Shown here: positions 39,652 through 51,654 of the stretch, in pieces
Position numbering within the stretch: the first letter of the stretch is position 1
Layout of the letters: every line of letters begins with the position of its first letter
Source of the DNA: Cycas panzhihuaensis
Lineage: Eukaryota > Plantae > Cycadophyta
NCBI GenBank assembly: GCA_023213395.1
Contig: CM041465.1
Span: 5,270,001 to 5,334,000, forward strand
DNA length: 64,000 bases
Reading direction: 5' to 3'
Notes under the pieces: model-generated
The model's database searches: none
Told to the model about the DNA's origin: nothing
What the model saw: only the letters and a program-made list of their open reading frames with translations
Made by a program: the position numbers and the translations under genes

Positions 39652-40913
39652 ATGGAATTATGAATGTTGTTATCAAACACAATCAAACTTAATGGCCTCA
39701 ACAACTTTATTCTTTAAAAGAAATAAGTAAACGGCCTAGTCATTATAAATGACTATTGGGCCTATGTCAATGGTGATATACCCTTACCTAGACTAACCTA
39801 AGACCCCAATGACTCTAGTATTATAATTCAACCAAATCCTATTGTCCTATATAACTTTAAACTTAAGGATAACATAATCTTATCCTTCTTCCACTTAGCA
39901 TTAGAAGACCAAGTGGACTAAAACATAGAAATAACTAAAACCTCTCATAAAGCATAGGCCATCCTTTATACTCTCTATGAGAGAAAAGATAATTCAATAT
40001 TCTTAACTCTTAAAGTATATCTTTTTATTATGCTCTTTGTAAGAAACATTACTGACTATTTAATTGAAGTAAAGACCATTAGAAATTAATTAATAATCTT
40101 AGGAGAACCTCCTTTAGATAGATATTATATTTAGTATTCTCAATATTCTCCTAATAGAAAATAATAGCTTCACTTCTAAACTCCATGATAACTACACTAA
40201 AATAGATTTTATTACCTTTGAGGGACTCCTACTAAGAAAAGAAAACATTCTCAATCAACTAGGGGTAACATCTACCTCTGACTTAGTCCTTACATTTATA
40301 GCCCAAAACTTAGAGAGGGGCAAGACTATACAATGGCCAGTTCAGTAGGCTAGTCAACTTCAAAGTCTTACTTAATAATTAGACTCTTTAATCATCTCTC
40401 AAGAGCTAAATTAGTTACTAACTTGATATTAACCATATCAGGTTGACATATCCTCATACTAAGGTTAATAACCTTAATAGTTCCAACAATTGCCACAGCT
40501 TCAAATAAAAAAGAATCAATAGAATAGACTAAATATCACTTTCTTATACTATAGGAAAATTGGTCACTTTACTATTGAATGTAAGAGATGTTAGTCTAAT
40601 CTACAAATGTTGCAAAATCAAGGGAGCCAAACTTATGGGCCTAACTTCTAACAAGCAACCCCATATTATTAATAAGCAACCCTATTTTATCTATAAGGAG
40701 CACCCAACTTTTAACAAGATGTACAAAGCTATCAATAATATGGACCAAGTTACCAATAAGGAGGATCAAACCCCCAATTAGGAGCCCCTTATCCATAACA
40801 AGGAGAATCCATTCTATAATAAGGGTCCCTTTACATCCAACAAGGAGGCCCTATTCCATAATAAAGAGGTCCTATCTATCCATAAGAAGTACCATCATTT
40901 TAACAATTAGGCC
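39652..40913 (+). pseudogene. gag: Copia F gag (degenerate) with zinc knuckle and Q/G/P heptad repeats
   Basis: TIKLNGLNNF..DYWAYVNG; knuckle remnant YRKIGHFTIECKR at ~40550-40587. Confidence 0.75.
40650..40913 (+). repeat. Degenerate 21-bp tandem array (13 units) in the gag-protease linker of F
   Basis: Units start every 21 nt from 40650 to 40902, mostly with AA(C/T)AAG; the array resumes after the G insertion at 48503. Confidence 0.85.
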
Positions 40914-41372
40914 TGAAAGAATGGGTAACATGCACAATACCACAGGATCAAAAAATTAACATACATAGGAAGAATGAGACATTGCACATGTACACAGTAT
41001 TTGACATGTAGAAAACCCCTTCTAGGGAAGACAAACCACCTTACTAATCTAAGATTTTATTAATTACAAAAACTATACATAAAACCTTAATGAATATACC
41101 CTCTACATACAATAACCAACCTTTAAAACATGCTTTGGATAACTTCTTAGATTCTCGAAACCATTCCTAAAATCTAGAAGAGGCTATTTGTAGCAAGAGA
41201 GGTTTATTGAAATGGGCAGTTGCGCATTTCAATGACCTTCACATAATTATTAAATATTAACATAAACTTTCTAACATTAAACCTTTAAATCACTTAAATT
41301 TATATTTACACATGTGACATAAAGATAGCATAAAGTAACAATATTATAAAACTAACATCAATATTCCTAACA
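40914..41372 (-). repeat. 3' LTR of Copia G
   Basis: 459-bp direct repeat of 48038-48497, adjacent to the PPT. Confidence 0.96.
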
Positions 41373-41429
41373 TCCCCCTTTAATATTATCTTTTATATAA
41401 TATATAAAAAGAAGGTCTTCATCATGTTG

Positions 41430-44400
41430 ATCCCCCTTTGATGGAGACTTTTTTTATCTTTAACAAATCTCGCAGGTTAAGAAACTTGACTTCAGTCAAA
41501 GATTTGGTAAGTATATCATCAACTTATAGATTTGTAGGACAATAAGACAAATAAACAATATTATCAGTAACAAGATTACGAATAAAATGCTAATGTAATT
41601 CTATGTGTTTAGTTCTAGAATGTGCAACTCGATTTGTAGCAATAGTAATAGCACATTGATTATCAACTTTAAGTTCCATAGAAGAGTTAGAAGACAAACC
41701 AATTTCAGTTAGGAGAGATTTGAGACAAAGTGCTTCTTTGCTTGCTTCAATAAGTGCTTAATATTTAGCTTTAGTTGTTGATAAAGATAAAGCCTATATT
41801 TTTTTACTAGACTAAGTAATAGGTGAAGAATCTAGAAAAATACATAACCTACAGTGGACTTATGGTCATTTGTGTCACCTGCCCAATCTGAATCAGTATA
41901 CCCTATTAAGGTTAGAGGTTTACTATAGGAATTATAAGTTAGTCCATAAAAAATAGTGTTTTGAAGATATCAAAGTATACGTTTAACAGCTTTCCAATGT
42001 GATTCATGTGGTTTTTGCATATAACGTGAATATAAAGCAACATCATAAGATATATTAGGTTGAGTATGAGTTAAATAAATAAGATTGCCAATAAGCTGCC
42101 TATATAAGGTTGGATCACATAAGGGTGTAGAATAATCAGTAGATAGTTTTACTCCCGATTGTAATAGATTAGGTCTAAAATATATTTTCTGTGTTAAACT
42201 ATTTGATTAGGTCTAAACTATATTTTGGTTGGGATATAGTTATTTTTGAATCATGTTGGTAAATTTGTAATCCGATAAAATAGTGTAGAAGACCTAGATC
42301 GATCATTTTAAATTTATTCATTAAAGTAGTTTTTAAGTGATGAATGTTGTTAGTTGAGGATCTTGTGATGATGATATCATCGACATACATGATTAAAATG
42401 GTAAGATTCTTATTTTCACGTTTAAAATAAAGATTTGGATCACTAATACATATGGTGTATCTAATTTGAATTAGATAATAATCAACTTTTGTGTACCAAG
42501 CTCAAGGAGCTTGTTTTAATCCATAGATTGATTTCTTTAGTTTATAAACTAAATTAGGATTGTTAATAAAACTAAGTGGTTGAGTCATGTAGATCTCTTA
42601 TTTGAGATCACCATTCAGAAAAGTGCTCTTTACATCCATTTGATGGATTTTCTAACCAAATTTAGCTGCTAGAGCAATAATTATTTTAATCATATTCATC
42701 TTTGTAACATGGGCAAAGGTTTCATTATAATCTATGTCATCGATTCGAGAAAATTCTTTTACAACTAGGCGAGCTTTATGCTTTTCAACTACGCCTGTTG
42801 AGTTGTATTTGGTTCTATAAACCCATTTACAATCAACTATGTTTTTTCTTGGTGGGAGTGGTATGAGTTCCCAAGTTGAATTCTTGTTTAAAGCATCAAA
42901 TTCAACTCGCATGGCTTCTTGCCATACATGATTGTTACTAGCTTATTTAAAGGTTTTTGGATCATCGTTGGCCATTATTTTAGCTATTAATGCATAGTTA
43001 GCATGTAATTTTTGAGCATATGTTCTTATGATATATGAAGGATTACCTACACCAGATCCAGCATCAGAAAGTATTTTCTTTGCCCATATGGGCTGTTTGT
43101 TAGTAACTATTTCTGTAGTAATAAGTTGAGTTGAGGAGCTAGCTTGAGAAGAAGAATATGTTCTAGTTGATTCAGATAGAGTCCAATTCTAGACTTGAGT
43201 AGATAAATATTCTATAATTTCAGGGTCAACTTATTTGTTAGAGGGGTTAACCACAGAAGTGTTAGTTAATATATTTTCAGTCGAAAGTTCTACATAGGTA
43301 GAGGTTGAAGAAGATTCTTCTTCATCAAATATTATGTCACGCAAAATTAAAATTTGATGCCTGACTAGATCCAAAAGTCTGCATGCTTTACCTTCCTCGT
43401 CGTATCCAATGAAGATATATTGTTGACTTTTAGGATCTAGTTTCTTACGTTTTTCTTTGGGAATGTGTTCCCATGCAATACTTGTAAAAATTCATAGATG
43501 ATTAATTGAGGGTTTTCGTCTAGACCACTTTTGTTTTGGAGTAACATTTTATAAACATTTAGTAGGTAAATAATTTAAAAGATAATTAGAGCAGACACTG
43601 CTTCTGCCCACAACTTTAGGTCAAGATTCTTTGCATGTAACATGCAACGAGTCATCTGAATAAGAGTACGATTCTTGCATTTAGCAACACCATTTTGCTG
43701 AGGAGTATAGGCAACAGAATATTAAAATTAAATTTCGTGCTTCTTACAGAAGGAAGTGAATTTACCACTTAAGTATTCTTTGGCATTATCAGATCTGAAG
43801 ATTTTAATTTTTGAGTTTGATTGATTTTCTACAAGTGTTTTAAATTCAGTGAAAATGTCAAACACTTGATTGCAAGTTTTGAGTGTGTATACCTAATATT
43901 TTCTCAAAATATCATTAATAAACGTGACAAAATAATGAGAGCTAGAATATGAGGTTATATGAAACGGTCCACATATATCAGAGTGAACAAGTTCAAGTGG
44001 AACTTTCACTCTAAATTGAGTTTTATGTGGAAAAAGATCCATGTGTTGCTTACTTGTTACATAAGCTTCGCAAATACCATAAACATTATTTAAAGATGGA
44101 AGACCATAAACTATGTCATGTCTTTTTAGGTATTGAAGTTTGCCATAACTAGTATGGCTAAATCATGCATGCCATAATTTATTGACTCACTCAGATTTGG
44201 CTATAAAGGTACTAAAGGACTTTGCTTTGTTATTTTATAAACTCATTAAACTATAGAGACCTGTACTATGATTAACAGGTCCAGAGGTAATACGTTTGAA
44301 TTTATTGAATGGTTCTTTAATAATAAATTTATCTTTCTAAAATTTGACAACAAGGTCTTTCTGGCAAATTTGGTAAATAGAGAGTAGGTTTGGTAATAAA

Positions 44401-45637
44401 TAAGGTACGTAGAAGACGTCCTTGATTGAACTGTCTTTTAAAGTGACATCACCTGATCCTTTTACTTTAAGTTGGGCTCTACTTCCAAAAGAAATCTCTT
44501 CTTCAGAGTTAGTTTCAGATTGATAAGTGGATAAAATTTTTTGGTGTCTTGTCATGTGATGGGATGCACTAGAGTCAAGGATCCATTGTTGTGGTTGATT
44601 AGTTGGAGCAACAAATGCAAAAGTTGTTACCGTTAGAGAACGATTATGAGATTGTAGTCAATTTTGTGGTTGAGATTATGGTCGATTTTGTAATCCCTTA
44701 GAAGCTTTCCATGCTTCTGAAGCTATTCTACTTCTGCAGACGTCAATAATATGACAATTTTTATGGCAGTAGGTATAACTAATGCTCTGAGAAGGATTAA
44801 TAGTGTTTCAATTTGAAAAAGATTGATTGGAAGTATTCTGATATTTAGATGGACCAGAATACTTAATATTATTTTGAGAGTTAGGAGGTGAACCTCTATG
44901 AGGTTTCTAGAATTTTGGATTACTATTGAAATTGTTCTAATATTTATTTTTATTTTGAGGCTTAGTTTTGGAAAATAAATCTTGAGAGGAATCTTTCAAT
45001 ATTCTTGTTTGAATTAACATCATTTGATGTTCTATCAATTGGTTTGTCAACTGATTAAAAGTTATAGGAGGATTGCCAGCTTATTGTCTGGCGGTTTAAA
45101 AAAAATTAAAATGTTTTGGTAATTTGTTTATTGCAAGATGAACGAGCGTATCGTCATCTTTAACATGTATAACTATTTGTTCATCATCACCTAGTTTAAT
45201 TTTGATTTTAATACAGTTACCTAGGTCTTTATTGATTAGTTGAATTTTAGATAAAAAATCTTCGACTTTAGAAAAATCATTATATTAAGATCATACAATT
45301 GCTATTCTAAGACAACCAATTGATGTGTGTTGACCTTATCATATTCCTCCTTAAGAGTATTCTAGACAGTAGCTAGATTGTCTATTTTAGAGAATTGTTG
45401 ACTGATTTATGATGAAAGTGAGTTCAGCATGGTGCTAAGGGCTAAATCTGAGTTCATCAGATATACCATATAGCTTTCTGAAGTTGCATCAGTTGGCTTT
45501 TTAAATTCACCTATTACATATCACCATATCTTTTACTGTTTAAGCTGATGGGATATGCGATTCCTCTAGTCAACATAGTTTGAGTCGGTTAGAATTGGAA
45601 TCAGAATACAGGTGGTTGTCCCTGGTATTAGTGCCAT
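41430..45637 (-). pseudogene. Copia G gag-pol, fragmented
   Basis: MALIPG start, TYCHKNCHIIDVC knuckle, WILDSSASHHMT protease, INT, KWVYRTKY..KHKARLV and MYVDDIII RT, GYTDSDWAGD RNase H. Confidence 0.92.
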
Positions 45638-46944
45638 ATTGGGAATTGTAAAAAATAATTAAAGCTCAAACGATTTTGAAGATCTAGATGAATAAGTATA
45701 GGTGAAAAAAGTCATATAAAGAATTTACCAAATATTAGAGTAATCATATTAACATTTCACAGACATGTTTAAAAAAAAACTGAAAATCATAATTGAATAC
45801 CTTTCCCTTAAAAAAGAATTAAATGTTCCCCTTTTTTGAAAAATTAAAAGTCCCCTTAATATTGTTGAAAAAATAATTTACTTATTTAATTAAGCAAAGT
45901 AATGATGAAGGTGTTATGACAAGAAAAAAAATTTAAAAAAATGTTTAAATGGTTCTCCTTTAGAGAAGAGGAAAGAGTTACTCACTTAAGATGTCTTTTT
46001 AAAGTATTAGAGATAAGTTTGAGAGAGGGGATGAATAGGAGACTATAAAAACTAAGAGAAGAAGGAAAGAATAATTTGGTCTTTTCAAATGATTAAATTT
46101 TTAATATAATGAACACATATCTTTTAGAGAGGGGATTAAAGAAGGCTTTATGTCAACATTCAAATGAAGTAATAGAGGGGGCTAATTTAACATTGAAAAA
46201 TGTAGTTAGGGAGGGTGATTAAAATAAATGTAACAAAGGAGGGTTTAATGTAATAATCAATAAATGTATTGTATTATAAGAAGGGGGAGAAATTAAAGTA
46301 TATAGGGGTTGGTTTATTTTAATTACCCTAGGATCAATATAATGTAAAAAAAATTATTTTGATTTAGCCTAAAGTTGATTAGGCTTAATTTAAAAAAGTA
46401 TATATATATATATACATAAGATTGAGAGAGGGTTAATTTTAATAATAAAGAATATAGTTAAGGGGAGGTATATTGATTTAAATTTAAAATGTAGTAAAGT
46501 TTTGATTATTAAAAAGTAATAAGGGTAGAGGGTTAATTTTATTTTGTAGATCAAATGTTATAAGGGGGGATTTAATAAAATGTGGGGGGGGGGGGAATGA
46601 CAAAAACCCTACCTGTAGCGGCTCCACTTCGATGATGGCTAGTTGCATATCCTCTTCGACTAGTTCTTTGGCAATGAACAACATTCTCTTATCGAGATGT
46701 CACCTCCTACAATGATGCTGTTTCATAATTTCTACTTAGCATTCGTCTTTGGCTTGGCATTGGGAGTTTTTATCTTTTTGTACCTCTGTCTTCAAGTCAA
46801 GGATTATTAAGTGGTAGATAAATAGGTATGTCACGGTTGTGAAGGTTAAAACAAGGCACCTAAGGTTTATTAGGAACGACTTCTCTTCATAATTACGACC
46901 GCGCTGGCGACTCTGTCTGGTTCTTTCCTGCTTTGAGTCACTCC

Positions 46945-47008
46945 ATCGAAGACACTGGCTAAAGGTGGCTTGGTTGATCGAAGACACTGGCTAAAGGTGG
47001 CTTGGTTG
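46945..47008. repeat. Perfect 32-bp tandem duplication in the G leader
   Basis: ATCGAAGACACTGGCTAAAGGTGGCTTGGTTG twice. Confidence 0.95.
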
Positions 47009-48037
47009 ACATATTTAACTTCCAGGTTAGTGCTGATTTGAGTAGCTATGAAGGCATTAAACCCTGGATGGTGTTTTAGAAATAAGAGCGGTGAGGGTTT
47101 AGCGATGATCATTGGAAAATCTCTCTGGATACAAGTTTGATGGCTTCGGTTCTTCATCGGCAAAGTGATGGCATCTGAATTAGATTTAAGCCATACCATC
47201 CGTGGGGCTGGAAGGATTTTTGAAGTCTTTAACTTTTTTATACTACAGGTCTTTGTTGATTGTGTATTCTTTCACCATTAGTTTACTTCTATAATCTTAG
47301 GATCTGCATAATCTAGAGGAACTCTTTTGTGTAGAAATGATTTCAATTTCTATTTGTACTGGTTGGTGAGCCAAAGGTCTGTAAGTCTCAGTCTCAAAAG
47401 ACACAGGATGTCCTGTTCGTTCCCATACTATCATCGTCCTGCCATTTCTGTTATAATATATAATTCTAGAGACATCATTGAAGTGACTTTATTCAGCTTT
47501 GTGATGGCTTTATAATCCATACCATTTATTTAGCATCACATGCGTATGCATTTGAGTGATCGCTTTGACTTTCTACTGGTTTCTGGCACAGCCTTATCAA
47601 TGAAGTCCTTAACAATGATACAATCAGATTGAAGCTTACAAAATCTTAGGTCTTTCTGTGATACTAAATTCCATATGATGGGAGGTTAGGGGCAACAATA
47701 GAGGGAAAGCTCATATCAGGTCTATTTTCAGGACCCTTGCCCACATGAAATGATGCTAAACAAACAACTTTCTATCTATGTGTTGCTACAAGCATCTACC
47801 CCAAGAATTTTCTACGAGTGTCTCAGCCTGCCTACTGTTCATTGGATTCAACTAGGATTGTGGATGTGTAGTGGTTCAATTCTAGAGAATTCAACACTAT
47901 CTTCTAGAATCGCCTCTAAACATGAGAAATAACGATAATAGCACATGATAGCAAGTGTAGATTGATAGCAGAAAAGAAACATAAAAACAGTAATGTTGAT
48001 GGAGAATCACAGGTGCTGGGATTGTGCTATGATACCA

Positions 48038-48497
48038 TGAAAAAATGGGTAACATGCACACTACCATAGGATAAAAAAATTAACATACATAGGTAGAATA
48101 AGACATTGCACATGTACATAGTATTTGACAGGTGGAAAACCCCTTCTAGGGAAGAAAACCCACTTCACTAATCTAAGATTTTATTAATTTCAAAAACTAT
48201 ACATAAAACCTTAATGAATATACCCTCTACGTACAATAAACCAGCCTTTGAAACAAGCTTTGGATAACTTCCTAGATTCTTGGAACCATTCATAGAATCT
48301 AGGAGAGGCTATTTGTAGCAAGAGAGGTTCGTTCAAATGGGCAGTTACATATTTCAACGACCTTCACATAATGATTAAATATTAACATAAACTTTCTAAT
48401 ATTAAACCTTTAAATCACTTAAATTTATATTTACACATGTGACATAAAGATAGTATAAAGTAACAACATTATAACTCTAACATTAATATTCCTAACA
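48038..48497 (-). repeat. 5' LTR of Copia G
   Basis: 460-bp repeat adjacent to the PBS. Confidence 0.96.
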
Positions 48498-48502
48498 AGG
48501 CC

Positions 48503-51439
48503 AATTCTATCAACAAAATTAGAATCCAAGACCCACTTAGAGTTAATGATAGTAGAACGGGTAGCAATTCCTACCTAAGAATCAAAGGCACCCTAACACT
48601 CAACAAGGAGGCTATATGGTAGATTCCCAAGACACCTCCTCTCAAAACTTATTCTTTGTAGCATTGTCATCTCAACACGGGGACAATTCATGGTTACTTG
48701 GCTTAAGTGCCACTCATCATATGACTGGCATAGAAATATATTAGAGGAGACTTATCCCATTAACACATGAATAATCACATTTGGTGATAACCTAGAATAT
48801 GATGTGACTAAAATTAAAAGGACCCCAATATAATTAAAAGACTCTGATATAAGACATCATATCAACAATGTATTTTTAGTTTGAGGTATGAAAATAAATT
48901 TGCTTTTAGTAAGACAAATTAATAATTCAAACTTGGATATCATCTTAAGTTAAGGCATCTACACCATCACAAATCATGCAACTAGATAACTTGTAGTAAT
49001 TGGTCATGAAGAGAATGGCTTATAAAAGCTTGATGATGTTCCTATAGCCACTAATCCACCATCAACATCCCGCTTAATGGCCCAAAATGTATAACTTGAT
49101 AAAGGGAAAGATTTCATGATTGAAGACTCCCCTTCTATTTAAGAACTAGGTAAATGCTCCTACTGAGATAAACCATCTAACTTCAACAACAACAGAGACC
49201 AATTATGGCATCAACACCTAGGTCACTTGAATATGCAAAGTTTAAACCTTATGTCAAGGCTTTATATAGTATATGGCTTACCTAATAACAATAAATATAA
49301 CAACATTTATGAGGCATAGCTTATGGGAAAGTAACAAAGAGAAAAATTCCCATCTAAGAATGCATGGAGAGCCCCTCAACCATTAGAGTTACTCCATTTA
49401 GACATTTGTGGGCCTATGTCAACGTAATCACTTAATAGTAGCCTATATTTCTTGATGTTTATAGATCATTATTCTAGGAAAGTATGGGTTTACTTTTTGA
49501 GAAATAAGTATCAGACCTTGGATAAATTCAAGGAGTTAAAGGTAAGGTAGAAAATGAGAGTGGTATGATCATTAAGGCACTTAAATCAATTTAACAATTT
49601 CTACAAGGAACATAGCATCAAATACTAATTTTTAGTACCTCATATACCATAATAAAATGGTGTAGTTGATAGGAGGAATAAGATATTGGCGAATAAAAGA
49701 AAATCCATGCTAAGTGCTACCAACCTTACCACTAGATTTTGGGTTGATACAATTATGACTATTGTATACTCAACTAATAAGATTCTTATTGTAGTAGTTA
49801 GGAATATCACTCTTGAGGAAGTTTGGTCAGGTCTTAAACCAATTATTTCACACTTGAAAATATTTAGATGCACAACATACAAACTTGTCTTGAAGGAAAA
49901 GAGAAAGAACCTTGATGATAAAAGCCTTAAGTGCATCTTTCTTAGCTATGTACATGGTTATAAAGCTTACAAGGTATTCAACATTATTGGGAACCAAGTA
50001 TACACAACTCAAGATGTAATATTTATAGAAGATATATAGGACTTGAATTCATCCCAAATTTAGTTTGTAGTAGCAGATAAAATTTGTACATCTCAAGTGC
50101 CTTTTGGATAAGTTCTCGAGCCACCAATACTGGCCTCCTCTTACACACTAGGTATTTCATCAATTTCAATAGTCTCTACTTCTAGAATAGAGGCAAGCAT
50201 AACTATGCCACCTATTTTAGTTAATGACCTTCATGTGGAAGCCACTGACATTCAACCACTTTTTAAGTGGGTTCAATAGTTATTAAAAGATGCCCCTTCT
50301 TCTCCTACAACTATCAAAAGGCTATCAAAGATGAGACACTCTACCAATTTTTTCCTAATAGAACATGTCCTAAAAACCCTTGATCCTTCTACATTTGAGG
50401 AGGTAATCAAAGACCAAACATGGAAAGTAACCATAGAAGAAGAGATGAAATCTATCCTCAAAGATGAAATTTGGGAGCTGATAGAATTGCCACCTGGGAA
50501 AAAGGTAATTGATTGTAGATGGTTGTATAAAGATAAATTCCATGTAGATGGCACTGTCGAGTGTCATAAAGTTTGTCTTATAGTAAAAGGTATAAAAAAA
50601 TAAGAAGGGGTAAACTATGATGAGACCTCTACACTAGTAGCCAACATGACCATATTCTATTTGGTAATGTCACTAGTAGCCTAATTAAATTAGCCAGTTT
50701 ACCAAATGGATGTGAAGAGTGCTTTCCTTAATGGAGAGCTCATAAAAGAGGTTTTCTTGAAGTAACCTCTAGGCTATATTGTTCTAGGCTAAGAACACTT
50801 AGTTTGTAAGCTCAAGAAAGCCCTATATAGACTAGAGTAGGCACCATGTGTCAGTATATAAAGATTAATACCTTCCTCACTCAGGATGGATTTAATCATT
50901 CACCCTCTGGCCTAAACTTGTATATTCAGGTTAGAGATAACTTGATCACAATCATTATTCTTTAAATAGATGATCTTGCAATTAAAGGCAATGCCATCGA
51001 AGACATAACTGGCTATAGTTAGAACTAATAAGTAACTTTGAGATGACAGATCTTGGGTTGCTTGATTATTTCTTTAGAATTAAAGTTTGGTAAGAACTAG
51101 GTCACATCTTCCTATCTCAAACAAAATATACCAATGAGCTCTTTCAAAGATTCATGATGATAAATTATAAACTAGTGCCAATTCCTATGGAAATAGGAAC
51201 CAAGTTAAACCTAAACAAGTAAGAGAATTTAATGTATTCCACCTTGTACTACCAATTAGTTAGGAGTCTTATCTACTACACCCAAACTTGAATAGGCATC
51301 TCCTATTTGGTTGGGATCTGTTCAAGGTATATGTCAAAGCTTAAAGTATCTAACTAGAAATCTATAACTAGGATCCTCAAATACATTCATATCACACATT
51401 AGTTCATACTTAATTATAACCAAACTAAGTCCCTATCCT
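48503..51439 (+). pseudogene. pol: Copia F pol (PR, INT, RT), degenerate; RNase H continues at 57686-58160 after LINE-2
   Basis: LWHQHLGHLN, LLHLDICGPM, ORFs 49686-50039 and 50331-50603, YQMDVKSAFLNG; after the LINE, STSGYYF and FHTRTKYIDVYQHFI. Confidence 0.9.
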
Positions 51440-51654
51440 TTTTTTTTTGATAAGGTAAAAAGAATTAAAGGGGTTTTAATTGGGTCCCCAAACCCGGTAC
51501 ATCAGCGCCAACCGGCTAAGAAAAATGACCATGACAGGCCCATGGTCTAACCCGAAATTAAATCTTCTGTCCTGGTAACCTCTCCCATATGTGCATACAT
51601 ACGACCAATCTCAGCAACTCCTCCGGGAACTCCTCTCTCCAGACTTTTGATCTT

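Larger units (their letters stand above)
40914..48497 (-). mobile_element. Ty1/Copia element G, complete, TSD AGGCC
   Basis: LTRs 40914-41372 and 48038-48497 (~8-9% divergent by hand count). AGGCC at 40909-40913 and 48498-48502. PBS TGGTATCATAGC (48026-48037, minus), PPT from 41373. Confidence 0.96.

Noticed and set aside
40650-40913. 21-bp periodic array as CRISPR or satellite DNA
   Set aside because: A degenerate in-frame coding repeat within gag, with no repeat-spacer alternation.
46945-47008. 32-bp direct repeat as a CRISPR-like array
   Set aside because: Two adjacent copies with no spacer and no cas genes, in eukaryotic retroelement context.
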